A stretch of DNA of 32,000 nt, from contig NC_014408.1 of assembly GCF_000145295.1 (NCBI RefSeq), forward strand, positions 210,001 to 242,000, in the 5' to 3' direction. A model generated the notes under the pieces. That model saw only the letters and a program-made list of their open reading frames with translations, made no database searches and was not told the DNA's origin. The translations under genes were made by a program, and so were the position numbers. Of this stretch, positions 18,950 through 28,112 are shown one piece after another (the first letter of the stretch is position 1; each line of letters opens with the position of its first letter). Origin of the DNA: Methanothermobacter marburgensis str. Marburg (GTDB lineage: Archaea; Methanobacteriota; Methanobacteria; Methanobacteriales; Methanothermobacteraceae).

Positions 18950-20254
18950 CTATCTTATCCTGGCCCCCATACCCTCAAGGATTTCCCTGACCCTCTCGTA
19001 GTCCTCCCGCTTGAATACACGAATCCTGAGGGTTAAACTCACATGACCATCGGGTATCTGCGGGCCACTATAAACATCAACGACCTCTGAGCCAGCAACA
19101 CCATCAAGAAGCCCTGTAAGGTACTCAATAACATGGGGGGCCACTGTATCTGGAAAAACAGCCGATATATCATAAACACGTGTGGGAAGGTTTTCAGCCT
19201 TCCACATCTGAAGTTCATCATCAGATAGAACCCTTATGTTGGAGATCTTGAATCTGAGTAGCCTCTTACCTTCCCTGAGGGTCGCATAATCCGGTGTGAC
19301 CGACTCAAGCACCCCAACATGCACCTTACCTGAATAGATGTGCCTCAGACCAACTTCCCCTCCAACAGAATCCTTCAGAATTTTAAGTTCCTCATTGAGG
19401 GCTTCTATTGCCTTATCAGACCTCCCCAGGGACGCCTCAACATCATCGATGTTCTTGGCTGCAAGGCCCATCCTTGATACGAATTCATCCATCCTGCCAT
19501 CACTGAGCATCTCATTGAGTTCAGAGGCCGTCCTCAGGAAACTGTCACGCATATCCTGTCCATGGGGGTTGTGGATCTGGATGGAGTATGCCAGGTAGGG
19601 GTTCTGGGCCACTATCCTTGCAATGGTGTCTATCATGAGGTTGTAGATGGGGCTTGCAAATTTCCTCGACTCCCTTATATCGACCCCCTCTGCCTCGAGG
19701 GTGGATGCTATGCTTATGTAGGCAAAGTGTGTCAGCACCTGAACAACACTCATCATACGGTCATGGGTTGCAGGATCAGTTACTATAACACGGGCCTTAT
19801 GTTTCTCAAGGAACTCAATGACGGTATCAACCCAGGGATTTTCCTGTGTGGGTGTAAGGACAACTACCTGTCCCTCAAGGGAGGAGACCCTGGGCCCGAA
19901 CATGGGGTGGGCTGGAAGGTGGTGGGCGCCATCCCCTATGGACTCCTCCATGACCCTGGCGGGTTCCTCCTTTACAGATGTGACGTCCATCAGGAGGCCC
20001 CCCTTCCTGACCTGGGGGGCGACCTCCCTTATAACATCTGCGGTTACATCTATCGGCACAGAAACAACCACGACATCTGCACGGGATGCCGCCTGGACGT
20101 TGTCACCACAGTATTCCACACCGATCCTTGATGCGGCTTCCATTCCAGCATCATGGTCCCTTCCGGTGATTATGACCCTCAGGCCCTCCTTTTTCAGGAA
20201 CCTGGCTATCCAGTATCCAAGCCCACGCGTACCCCCTATGATGCTCACAATCAT
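18950..20254 (-). CDS. tyrA: Prephenate dehydrogenase (archaeal long form with C-terminal extra domain)
   Basis: Shows IIGGTRGLG (NAD-binding loop), HPMFGP and DPATHDRMMSVVQVLTHF. Start placed at ATG 20254 (MIVSIIGG), which avoids overlap with the upstream membrane ORF. Confidence 0.85.
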   Translation of the reverse strand: MIVSIIGGTRGLGYWIARFLKKEGLRVIITGRDHDAGMEAASRIGVEYCGDNVQAASRADVVVVSVPIDVTADVIREVAPQVRKGGLLMDVTSVKEEPARVMEESIGDGAHHLPAHPMFGPRVSSLEGQVVVLTPTQENPWVDTVIEFLEKHKARVIVTDPATHDRMMSVVQVLTHFAYISIASTLEAEGVDIRESRKFASPIYNLMIDTIARIVAQNPYLAYSIQIHNPHGQDMRDSFLRTASELNEMLSDGRMDEFVSRMGLAAKNIDDVEASLGRSDKAIEALNEELKILKDSVGGEVGLRHIYSGKVHVGVLESVTPDYATLREGKRLLRFKISNIRVLSDDELQMWKAENLPTRVYDISAVFPDTVAPHVIEYLTGLLDGVAGSEVVDVYSGPQIPDGHVSLTLRIRVFKREDYERVREILEGMGARIR

Positions 20255-20264
20255 TTCCACCAGC

Positions 20265-20615
20265 CTACTCCCTGAAGGCCTTAACAGCAATGTAGCCCCC
20301 TATACCACCCAGCAGGAGGCTCAGACCCCCAATGATTACAAGACCCGTGGTGAAGGTGAATATGTCAGGTGCGGCAAGACCTGCAATCCTACCGGGCATT
20401 TGGGGACCGAATATCATCCCTGATGAGAAACTTATAACCGCAAGGATGAGTGAAGCAGCAGCCCCTCCACCCGCACTTCTCACTTCAGCCCTTGTGAGGT
20501 AGGCTGCCAGGAACCCCGTGAAGGTGTAAACAAAGAGGCCGTCAATGAAGAATAGCAGGATGAAGCCCACGATGATGCTCAGAAAAATTGCAGTGCCTGA
20601 TTCATAGTCACCCAT
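20265..20615 (-). CDS. Small glycine-rich integral membrane protein (116 aa, about 3-4 TM segments), unknown function
   Basis: Hydrophobic segments include AIFLSIIVGFILLFFIDGLFVYTFTGFLAAYL, AAASLILAVISFSSGMIF and GLVIIGGLSLLLGGIGGYIAV. Its stop lies 10 nt before the tyrA start. Confidence 0.55.
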   Translation of the reverse strand: MGDYESGTAIFLSIIVGFILLFFIDGLFVYTFTGFLAAYLTRAEVRSAGGGAAASLILAVISFSSGMIFGPQMPGRIAGLAAPDIFTFTTGLVIIGGLSLLLGGIGGYIAVKAFRE

Positions 20616-20728
20616 CAGATTACACTCCTCGCCTTTAGCTGACTCTTAATTTATAAAAGCATGCATATATATTATCATTGATCATTCAGCATATAGAATC
20701 ATCTTCCAATTGATTCCAGGGTGAAGAG

Positions 20729-21790
20729 ATGAGGATAGTACATGAGGATGAGAAAAACGGCGTCATAGAAGTTGTACCAGAAACCCTTGACGACCTCTGG
20801 CACCTCTCCCATATAATTGAGGAGGGGGATCTGCTTTCTGCAAGGACAACAAGGAGGATACAGGATACCAGCGGAGAGAAGATAAGAAGCGACAGGGGAG
20901 TTAAGAAAACCTTCTATCTGGGTATAAGGGTGGAAGGTGTCAGTTTTCACATCTACACAGGAAAACTCCGAGCAACAGGGGTTATAGAGAGGGGCCCTGA
21001 GGACCTGGTTCCCCTCGGCTCTCACCACACCCTTGAGGTTAAACTAAACACCCCCCTCAGGATCAAAAAGGATTCCTGGAGCAGATGGACACTTAAGAGG
21101 CTTCAGGAGGCGGTGGAGGCATCAAAGCATATCAGGGCAGTGATAGTTGTGATTGAGGATGATGTGGCAGACATTGGAGTCATAAGACAGTATGGTGTGG
21201 AATACCAGGGCCCCATCACAGGTCACATTCCGGGTAAGAGGATGCAGCAGAGGGACCGGGGTAAACTGAGACTTGAATTCTATGAGAGTATAGTGGATGC
21301 CCTCAAAAAATACGGTGAACTTGAGACAATCATAATTGCAGGGCCAGGCTTCTACAAGTCGGACTTCCATGAATACCTGCTGGAGAAACACCCTGAAATT
21401 GGAAGGAAGGCCGTGGTTGAGAATACAGGTACCGGCGGAAGGTCAGGGATATATGAGGTTCTGAAGAAGGGCACCGTGGAGAGGGTTTCATCAGAGAACA
21501 GGGTGGCTGCAGAGGTAAGGAATGTGAATGAGGTCCTTGAGAGGCTGGCGAGGGACCCTGAAACCGTGGTCTATGGCAGGGAGAGGGTGCTGGATGCCAT
21601 CAATATGGGGGCTGTTGAGAGGCTGCTGGTCCTTGACAGGGTTGTAAGCAGGGAGGATATTGAGGGATACCTTGATATTGTTGAGAGTATGGGGGGTTCT
21701 GTTGTTCTCATAAGCAGTGAACACGAGGGCGGCAAACAGCTGGAATCCCTTGGAGGACTTGCAGGGATCTTAAGGTTCAGGATTTCATGA
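20729..21790 (+). CDS. pelA: Pelota (Dom34 homologue; ribosome rescue / mRNA surveillance)
   Basis: MRIVHEDEKNGVIEVVPETLDDLWHLSHIIEEGDLL is the classic archaeal Pelota N-terminus. IIAGPGFYK and an eRF1-like C-terminal domain are also present. 353 aa. Confidence 0.93.
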   Translation: MRIVHEDEKNGVIEVVPETLDDLWHLSHIIEEGDLLSARTTRRIQDTSGEKIRSDRGVKKTFYLGIRVEGVSFHIYTGKLRATGVIERGPEDLVPLGSHHTLEVKLNTPLRIKKDSWSRWTLKRLQEAVEASKHIRAVIVVIEDDVADIGVIRQYGVEYQGPITGHIPGKRMQQRDRGKLRLEFYESIVDALKKYGELETIIIAGPGFYKSDFHEYLLEKHPEIGRKAVVENTGTGGRSGIYEVLKKGTVERVSSENRVAAEVRNVNEVLERLARDPETVVYGRERVLDAINMGAVERLLVLDRVVSREDIEGYLDIVESMGGSVVLISSEHEGGKQLESLGGLAGILRFRIS

Positions 21791-21802
21791 TGGGGGTATC
21801 AG

Positions 21803-22957
21803 GTGTTCAGGATTCTCCAGGATAAATGCACCGGGTGCGGGAGATGCAGGATGCTCAAGTGCGGCGAAAAGTGTTCAGGGTGTGGGGCCTGCCGGCTTGT
21901 ATGCCCTGAGGGAGCACTTGTTCCAGGGAGGAGGGATGATACAGAGTACCGGGTGACAGTGAACAGTGAAGATGTCAGGGCCACTGGCACCGTGGGGGAC
22001 GCCCTTGAGGCCGCAGGTATCAGGGTAAGTGACATCCCTGGCGAGGGTGGATTATTCTCACCATGCGGTACAGGCGGATGCTGGGCCTGCGCTGTATCAG
22101 CAAATGGCAGGACAGTGCAGTCCTGTGTAACACCCCTTGAGGAGGGGATGGACATAGAGACCATACCTGAACCACCACTCAGGTATGTGAGCAATTTCGG
22201 CCCACACACGGCGGGGGGAGTGGGGACACCCTTCAGTGAAAAGGGGGATGGCCCAGTTGAGGTGGTATGCTTCGCCCATGGATGCAACCTGAGGTGTCCC
22301 CAGTGCCAGAACAGTCAGGTGGCGTTCACCATGGGCGACACATTGCTTGACCCTGAGGAAACCGGAATGATACTGTTTGGTGTTGAATCGATTTACAGGA
22401 CAGGCACCGTGACTTTCTCTGGCGGTGAATGCACACTTAACAGGTCATGGCTCTCTGGTTCAGTCAGGAGGATAAGGGAACTTGATGGGAGGATCAACAT
22501 TCACGTGGACACAAATGGCACCGTGCTCACCCCGGGATACATTGATGAGCTTGTTGAGGCCGGCATGAACAGGATAGGAATTGACCTCAAGGGCAGGAGG
22601 CTGGAGACCTTCATGGGGATATCAGGGCTCAGTGACCCTGAAAAAGCCAGGGTATACCTTGAAAACTCCTGGAATGCATTCAGGTACATATCTGAGGAGC
22701 ATAATGGGATATTCATGGGCCTGGGGGTCCCCTACAACAGGGCACTCATATCCGCCGGGGAGATTGCTGAAATGGCTTCTGAGATAGCCTCTGTCAGTCC
22801 AGACGTCCAGGTAACTCTTCTTGACTACAGGCCCGAGTTCAGGCTTAAAAATATACAGAGGCCCTCGGTTTCTGAAATGCTTTGTGTGCGTGATCTGATG
22901 CTTGACGGGGGCCTCAGAAGGGTAATTGTTCAGACATCTGAGGGGTTCATAGGATGA
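21803..22957 (+). CDS. Radical SAM enzyme with N-terminal Cys-rich (ferredoxin-like) and plant-type 2Fe-2S ferredoxin-like domains; substrate unknown
   Basis: Shows CTGCGRCRMLKCGEKCSGCGACRLVCP, CGTGGCWAC...C (the CX4CX2C...C 2Fe-2S pattern) and the radical-SAM CNLRCPQCQN (CX3CX2C) with a downstream FSGGECT. GTG start at 21803, 12 nt after the pelota stop. Confidence 0.8.
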   Translation: MFRILQDKCTGCGRCRMLKCGEKCSGCGACRLVCPEGALVPGRRDDTEYRVTVNSEDVRATGTVGDALEAAGIRVSDIPGEGGLFSPCGTGGCWACAVSANGRTVQSCVTPLEEGMDIETIPEPPLRYVSNFGPHTAGGVGTPFSEKGDGPVEVVCFAHGCNLRCPQCQNSQVAFTMGDTLLDPEETGMILFGVESIYRTGTVTFSGGECTLNRSWLSGSVRRIRELDGRINIHVDTNGTVLTPGYIDELVEAGMNRIGIDLKGRRLETFMGISGLSDPEKARVYLENSWNAFRYISEEHNGIFMGLGVPYNRALISAGEIAEMASEIASVSPDVQVTLLDYRPEFRLKNIQRPSVSEMLCVRDLMLDGGLRRVIVQTSEGFIG

Positions 22958-23883
22958 TCACAGACAGATTCATGGGATGGGAGATCCTGGTGATGTTAAC
23001 TGGTGAGTGGTCCCTCCCTGTAGCGGCTGTCGCTGTGCTTGTACTGACACCTGCTGCTGCGGCCATCATATCACTCTTTAAAAATTCAAATCTCTACACT
23101 GATGTGAGGGGTGGCACACCCCGTGGGGCTGGTATTGTGCCATGGGCGGCGCTCTCGATATTCACACCCCCACCATTTAACGTGCCTCTTGCTGTAATGG
23201 GGGCTCTGGCCTTTATTGATGACCTTGCTGGAAGAAGAAGGATAATGAATCTTTCCATTGAGTGGGGGCAGCTTTCAAGGGGATTGGGTATACTGGCAGT
23301 CGCCCTCATCACCTACCCATTCATGGGGGCCTGGGGACTCCTTGCGGCACTCATGGTACAGCCATTGAATATTGCGGACATGCAGCCTGGTGTGGCCTGC
23401 ACCGTGACGGTCATCATGTCCCTCCTGGCACTGCCTGCAGCAGTCATGACGGGTTCAGGCATCCACCTTGCCCTTCTCATCATGGTGGTGGCACTGGCGT
23501 ACTCACCACTTGATTACAGGGGGAAGATAATGATGGGGGAGGTTGGAAACCACAGCTTTGCAGTTGCCCTTGGACTCTTATTCTACATTTCAGGGGGACC
23601 GTGGCTTCTCCTGGCGCTCTTTCTCCTTACACCCCTCGTAACGGCCATTTTAAGGAGGGGTAATCTCTCAGAATTCCTTGAGAAGCGACTTAAAATTGAG
23701 AACCCCACCCTTGGAGATCTCTATATGGATGTAATGACAGGTGGAGGTCTTGGGGATCTTTTAAGGAGAATATTAATGGGTAGAAGGGCTTTCAGAATCA
23801 GGAACCCGTTTCTGATTTCGCTTGGATTCAGGAGGCTACTTTTCAATCCCCACGCATCTCATGTGTCCCGGGGTGAGCTCTGA
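22954..23883 (+). CDS. Divergent MraY/WecA-like (polyprenyl-phosphate HexNAc-1-P transferase superfamily) integral membrane protein
   Basis: About 8 hydrophobic segments. Motifs appear in family order: GGTPRGAGI (cf. TPxxGG), FIDDLAG (DD), LNIADMQPGVA (cf. NxxNxxDGxDGL) and MMGEVGNHSFAVALG (cf. GDxGSxxLG). ATGA overlap with the radical-SAM stop. Family assignment is by eye only. Confidence 0.55.
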   Translation: MITDRFMGWEILVMLTGEWSLPVAAVAVLVLTPAAAAIISLFKNSNLYTDVRGGTPRGAGIVPWAALSIFTPPPFNVPLAVMGALAFIDDLAGRRRIMNLSIEWGQLSRGLGILAVALITYPFMGAWGLLAALMVQPLNIADMQPGVACTVTVIMSLLALPAAVMTGSGIHLALLIMVVALAYSPLDYRGKIMMGEVGNHSFAVALGLLFYISGGPWLLLALFLLTPLVTAILRRGNLSEFLEKRLKIENPTLGDLYMDVMTGGGLGDLLRRILMGRRAFRIRNPFLISLGFRRLLFNPHASHVSRGEL

Positions 23884-23888
23884 TTACC

Positions 23889-25565
23889 TCAGGTCATCTT
23901 CCTTGATTTTATGATTGAAATTATTAGTGCAAGGGCTATGAGGAAACTCACAGCAAAACCAAAAAGCCCCAGGAAGGGGAACTTCTGGAGTATCAGGGCC
24001 TCCTTTGGGATTGCAACCAGCGATGATCCAATTATAAGGGCCGAGACCAGCATCGCCACTGATATCCTGTTGGTTGATCTTTCAATTCTCCTTGATATCT
24101 CATCGAGGTTCCTGTGCTCAAGTTCCATCTTGAGTTTACCCTCCTCCAGCCGCTGAAGCGCCCTTATCATGCCACGCGGGAGATCGTTCATTATGTGTTC
24201 AAGTTCTATGAGCGCCGAGGGGACCTCGTCCAGGTTCCGGAGGGGGTTCAGGCGTTTTCTCATGAGGCTGTAGGTCATCTCCCATGCAACCTCGAGTCCA
24301 TTGAATCTGGGATCCAGGCGCTCACCAAGATCCTCTGCCATGCTCATGACCCTTGCAAGGAGCACGAAGTCCCGGGGGATCCTTATCCTGTGCTTCATTA
24401 TCATCTCAGGCATTGTGAATTCTGTGAGGATCTCCCCAACCTTCTTAACGTCTGCGCCATAGTAGCGGTCAAGGAGGTCCATTATATCGTACTTGACCTC
24501 TTCAAGGTCTGTATCCTCTGTGAGAATATTCATGTACCTCAGCTGGTTCACTATACCGTTCACATCATAGTTCATGAGGAGGATGAAGAGTTCAGCCAGT
24601 TTATCCCGGAATGAACGGTCAAGGTGACCCATCATCCCGAAGTCCAGGAAGCACAGCACATTACCCTTCTGGACCAGTATATTGCCGGGGTGGGGGTCGG
24701 CGTGGAAGAAGCCGTGTATGAATATCTGCTTGAAGTAGCAACGGGCACCCCGCTCTGCTATTGTCCTTGCATTGAATTTTATGTCGGATTCAAGGATTTC
24801 TGTGAGTTTAACCCCCTCAACGTACTCCATGGTCAGCACCCTGCTGGTGGAGTATTCCCTGTAGACGTAGGGGGCGTAAACGGTTTCGTCATCAAGGAAC
24901 ATGGCCCGGAATCTCTCAGCGTTGTTGGCCTCCTGGTGGTAGTCAAGTTCCTTCCTGATGGCCCTTTCAAACTCCGCCACTATCCCAGGGAGATTGTAGT
25001 ACTCGAGACCCGGGATGCGGTCATTTGCAAGCTTTGCGAGGTACTTCATGAGTATAATATCACTCTTTACGGTGGCGGCTATACCCGGGCGCTGCACCTT
25101 AACGGCAACTGCCTCCCCGCTTTTCAACCGCGCCCTGTGGACCTGGCCTATGGATGCCGATGCAACGGGTTCCTCCTGGAATTCGGAAAAGATATCCTCC
25201 AGGGGCATTCCAAGTTCAGATTCGATAACCCTCCTGACGTCCCTGAAGGGGAACGGCGGTGCCTCGTCCTGAAGTTTGGCCAGTTCATCTGCTATTTCCC
25301 TGCCAACGAGGTCCGCCCTGGTGCTCAGCACCTGGCCCAGTTTGATGAAGGTCGTCCCCAGTTCTTCAAGGACAAGTCTGAGGCGTACGGGGGCTGGTTC
25401 ATGGATCTCCTCAGGGCTCTTTATGTAGAGTTTGAGGCTTTCAAATAACCTGTTTTTGAGGCCTATGGCCTCAAGTATGTTTCCGAAGTGGTACTTGCCC
25501 ATTACCCTTACTATCTCCCTGAGGCGTCCCATGTCTGGCCTCTTATTATAGGGGGGTATGTTCAT
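23889..25565 (-). CDS. ABC1/UbiB-family atypical protein kinase with C-terminal TM segments
   Basis: Shows [44 protein letters not shown] and FLDFGMMG. The C-terminal hydrophobic tail is [16 protein letters not shown]...[25 protein letters not shown] 25565 is preferred over GTG 25574. Confidence 0.9.
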   Translation of the reverse strand: MNIPPYNKRPDMGRLREIVRVMGKYHFGNILEAIGLKNRLFESLKLYIKSPEEIHEPAPVRLRLVLEELGTTFIKLGQVLSTRADLVGREIADELAKLQDEAPPFPFRDVRRVIESELGMPLEDIFSEFQEEPVASASIGQVHRARLKSGEAVAVKVQRPGIAATVKSDIILMKYLAKLANDRIPGLEYYNLPGIVAEFERAIRKELDYHQEANNAERFRAMFLDDETVYAPYVYREYSTSRVLTMEYVEGVKLTEILESDIKFNARTIAERGARCYFKQIFIHGFFHADPHPGNILVQKGNVLCFLDFGMMGHLDRSFRDKLAELFILLMNYDVNGIVNQLRYMNILTEDTDLEEVKYDIMDLLDRYYGADVKKVGEILTEFTMPEMIMKHRIRIPRDFVLLARVMSMAEDLGERLDPRFNGLEVAWEMTYSLMRKRLNPLRNLDEVPSALIELEHIMNDLPRGMIRALQRLEEGKLKMELEHRNLDEISRRIERSTNRISVAMLVSALIIGSSLVAIPKEALILQKFPFLGLFGFAVSFLIALALIISIIKSRKMT

Positions 25566-25664
25566 ATTAACCACTTATTTAATGTATGATATTTAAACCT
25601 ATTTTGCAGATATAGAATCTCCCGTTACATTTCATGGGTTTTTCACTGAAATCATGGTGATCAT

Positions 25665-26714
25665 ATGAAGGCACTTTTCACTGTAACAGGTCGGGGAATG
25701 GGTGGAGACGCAATAACAGCACTAAACATAGCCAGTGCACTTGAGAAGAGAGGATTTGAATGCGAATTTGCACTTGATCACAGCGCCCCCGGGATACTCC
25801 TTAAAAAGAGGGGTATCGACTGGCACAGGGTCAGGATACCCCAGGCCGGGGGCCACGCAGCAAGCAGACTGAAACTACTGAAGGCTGCTTTCAGGACCCT
25901 GAGGGCGGTTTACGAGACAGGAAGACTGATAAGGAAGATCAAACCGGATGTGGTTGTTGGTGTGATAGGCGGGGGCGCGGTGGTGGGCTGCCTCGCCGCA
26001 AAAATTACCGGAGTGCCTGCTGTGGGTGTTCTTATAACACCAACCGATGCACGGGTCTGCACCCGCCTCAACAGGAACGTGGCGCTTCCAGAGTCCAGCC
26101 TATTTGGAGAGAACGTTGAGGGAGTTGAGAGTGTATATTCACCCATCAGCCCGGACATAACACTGGGGGATCCTGAAAGGGCCATTCAAAGGATGCCCCA
26201 TGAATTTGACCCTGAGAAACCAACCATTGTTTTCTCCTCAGGTTCATCCCTCTTCAGGATGATGGCTGAGGCCGCGGTTAAAATGGCAGAATCAGATGTC
26301 AGTGCAAACATCACAGTTGTGGGGCACCCCCTCAGGGAGGAATACGGGCAGATGGTGGACCGTGATGGGATAATCAACCTGGGCTACATAGACTGGGTCA
26401 GTGACCTCTACAGCCTCGCCGACCTTGCGGTGCTCTCCGACGATGGGGTGATGGTCCATGAGGCCATTGCAATGAGGGTTCCGGTGGTGGCCCTCAGGGG
26501 TGTCAAGTACGGAAGGTACCATAACATGGGTGCTGTCTTCAGGGGGGCCGTGCTGGAGACCGACCTTGATGGTATTGAGGGGGCTATTTTAAGGGCACTT
26601 GAGGCTTCAGATGATATGAAGAGGGCCGCAGAGGCCTACAGTGGTGATGTAATAGGGGCCGCAGACAGGATAGCTGAAATTATAGAGGAGGAAGCTGGGA
26701 AGTCAGTACCTTGA
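25665..26714 (+). CDS. GT-B-fold glycosyltransferase, MurG/GT28-like (putative)
   Basis: The N-terminal Gly-rich loop TGRGMGGDAITALNIASAL and the C-terminal ADLAVLSDDGVMVHEAIAMRVPVVAL resemble MurG-type N- and C-domain motifs. Strong GGTGATCAT SD. Weak, motif-level call only. Confidence 0.45.
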   Translation: MKALFTVTGRGMGGDAITALNIASALEKRGFECEFALDHSAPGILLKKRGIDWHRVRIPQAGGHAASRLKLLKAAFRTLRAVYETGRLIRKIKPDVVVGVIGGGAVVGCLAAKITGVPAVGVLITPTDARVCTRLNRNVALPESSLFGENVEGVESVYSPISPDITLGDPERAIQRMPHEFDPEKPTIVFSSGSSLFRMMAEAAVKMAESDVSANITVVGHPLREEYGQMVDRDGIINLGYIDWVSDLYSLADLAVLSDDGVMVHEAIAMRVPVVALRGVKYGRYHNMGAVFRGAVLETDLDGIEGAILRALEASDDMKRAAEAYSGDVIGAADRIAEIIEEEAGKSVP

Positions 26715-27986
26715 GAGGAACCTCATGAGCTTGTATACACCATCCGTTGATGGGTGTGTCTCCACAAAGCCCTCAAATTCATACATTGAAACACCCATTC
26801 GCATGAGCAGTGAAAGGTAGGGCATTATCAACCTGGCACCCGGTGCAACAGAGTACACTGCAGCTGCAGTGCCATCATCCTGGATTCTAACCTTATTTAA
26901 CCCTGTTTTCCCCTCAGGAACACTCCAGAATGAACCAGGACCTGCAAGACCCGGTATAACAGCCTCCCTGCCCTCGGGATTCCCTGTTTCAATGAAGCCA
27001 ACATCGTACCCCAGTGATATTGCGTAGGGAAGGTACCGATAGTCAATTCGCCTCTCAACACCCGCTGCATTGAGCCCTGCCACCACACCTTCCATCCTTG
27101 CAACGGGTGTTGTCCCCTGACCACCTGTAACGTCACCTGCCGCGTAGACGTGTTTTCTTGAGGTCTCCATACGCTCATTAACCTTAACTGCACCGTTTTC
27201 TCTGAGCTCAACGAATCCGTCAAGGAACTCTGAGTTTGGCCTCTGACCTGTTGCAAGGAGGGTGAGGCCTTCAATGCGTTCGGCTGATGTTTCGGCACCA
27301 TCCTCATCTATTGAGGTGGTGGATGTATTTTCAAGGATTCTGACGTCTTTCAGAAGTTTCCTCATAACGTAATCCCTGATGAGGGGGTCAAGTTTGCCAA
27401 GGAACTCGCTTCTTGATACCACGGTCACATCTGATCCAAGGGAGGAGAATATGCCTGCAAATTCAGCTGCAATTACACCCCCGCCTATTATCACCAGTTT
27501 TTCAGGGATTCTCTCAAGATCCAGCACGTCCCTGTAGGTTATGGCTTTTTCAGCGCCCTCAATCGGGGGGATGCCGGGCCTTGCCCCTGTTGCTATTATG
27601 AGCCTGTCATAGGGGAGTTCATCATCCCCTGCGATTACCTTACCCTCTGAAACCTCTGCGTCGGCGTATATTATCTCAACACCGGCATCAAGTGTCTCCC
27701 TTTCTGTAACATGCCTTATCCTGCTGAGTGTTTCCCTAACACCAGCCACTATTCTCCTGTAGTCTGCAGAGTATTCAAGGTCAACGACACCGAGATCCCT
27801 TAGCTTGCGGGCTTCATCCAGGAATCTCGCAACGTCGTTCAGACCACACACAACCATACATCCCTCATTAAGGCATGTTCCCCCGATGAATTTCCTTTCA
27901 AGGATTGTAACATCGTTTTCAAGGGCTGCAAGTTCCATGGCCGCGGCCCTTCCTGCGGGACCTCCCCCTATCACAACACACTTCAT
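26703..27986 (-). CDS. Class I FAD-dependent pyridine nucleotide-disulfide oxidoreductase (dihydrolipoamide dehydrogenase / mercuric reductase-like)
   Basis: Shows VIGGGPAGRAAA (FAD GxGxxG), the GGTCLNEGC redox-active CX4C, a second dinucleotide fold VIIGGGVIAAEFA, and YAAGDV. Start placed at ATG 27986 (MKCVVIGGG), preceded by AGGTG. The 3' end overlaps the convergent GT gene by 12 nt. Confidence 0.85.
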   Translation of the reverse strand: MKCVVIGGGPAGRAAAMELAALENDVTILERKFIGGTCLNEGCMVVCGLNDVARFLDEARKLRDLGVVDLEYSADYRRIVAGVRETLSRIRHVTERETLDAGVEIIYADAEVSEGKVIAGDDELPYDRLIIATGARPGIPPIEGAEKAITYRDVLDLERIPEKLVIIGGGVIAAEFAGIFSSLGSDVTVVSRSEFLGKLDPLIRDYVMRKLLKDVRILENTSTTSIDEDGAETSAERIEGLTLLATGQRPNSEFLDGFVELRENGAVKVNERMETSRKHVYAAGDVTGGQGTTPVARMEGVVAGLNAAGVERRIDYRYLPYAISLGYDVGFIETGNPEGREAVIPGLAGPGSFWSVPEGKTGLNKVRIQDDGTAAAVYSVAPGARLIMPYLSLLMRMGVSMYEFEGFVETHPSTDGVYKLMRFLSRY

Positions 27987-28022
27987 AGGACGCACCTGTA
28001 TTAATTCTGAATGGTTATTTCC

Positions 28023-28052
28023 CACAAATCTTTATATGTCACAAATCTTTAT
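28023..28052. repeat. Perfect 13-nt direct repeat CACAAATCTTTAT x2 (17-bp offset) in the divergent oxidoreductase/hypC promoter region
   Basis: Copies at 28023-28035 and 28040-28052. Each contains a TATA-like core (CTTTAT / ATAAAG on the other strand). Confidence 0.8.
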
Positions 28053-28112
28053 CTAATTACTGACAGTGTAATTTTTTGACTTTAATCCTATTAATTTGGA
28101 GAGGGTTATTGA

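Noticed and set aside
19338-20423. Plus-strand ORFs (86, 189 and 201 aa) opposite tyrA and the small membrane protein
   Set aside because: These are antisense shadows of well-supported minus-strand genes.
20699-21028. 109-aa minus-strand ORF overlapping the pelota start
   Set aside because: It overlaps the unmistakable Pelota N-terminus on the other strand and would leave no room for the divergent promoter.
24114-25448. 166-aa and 274-aa plus-strand ORFs opposite the UbiB kinase
   Set aside because: These are antisense shadows. They have no recognisable motifs, and the opposite strand carries a complete kinase-family motif set.
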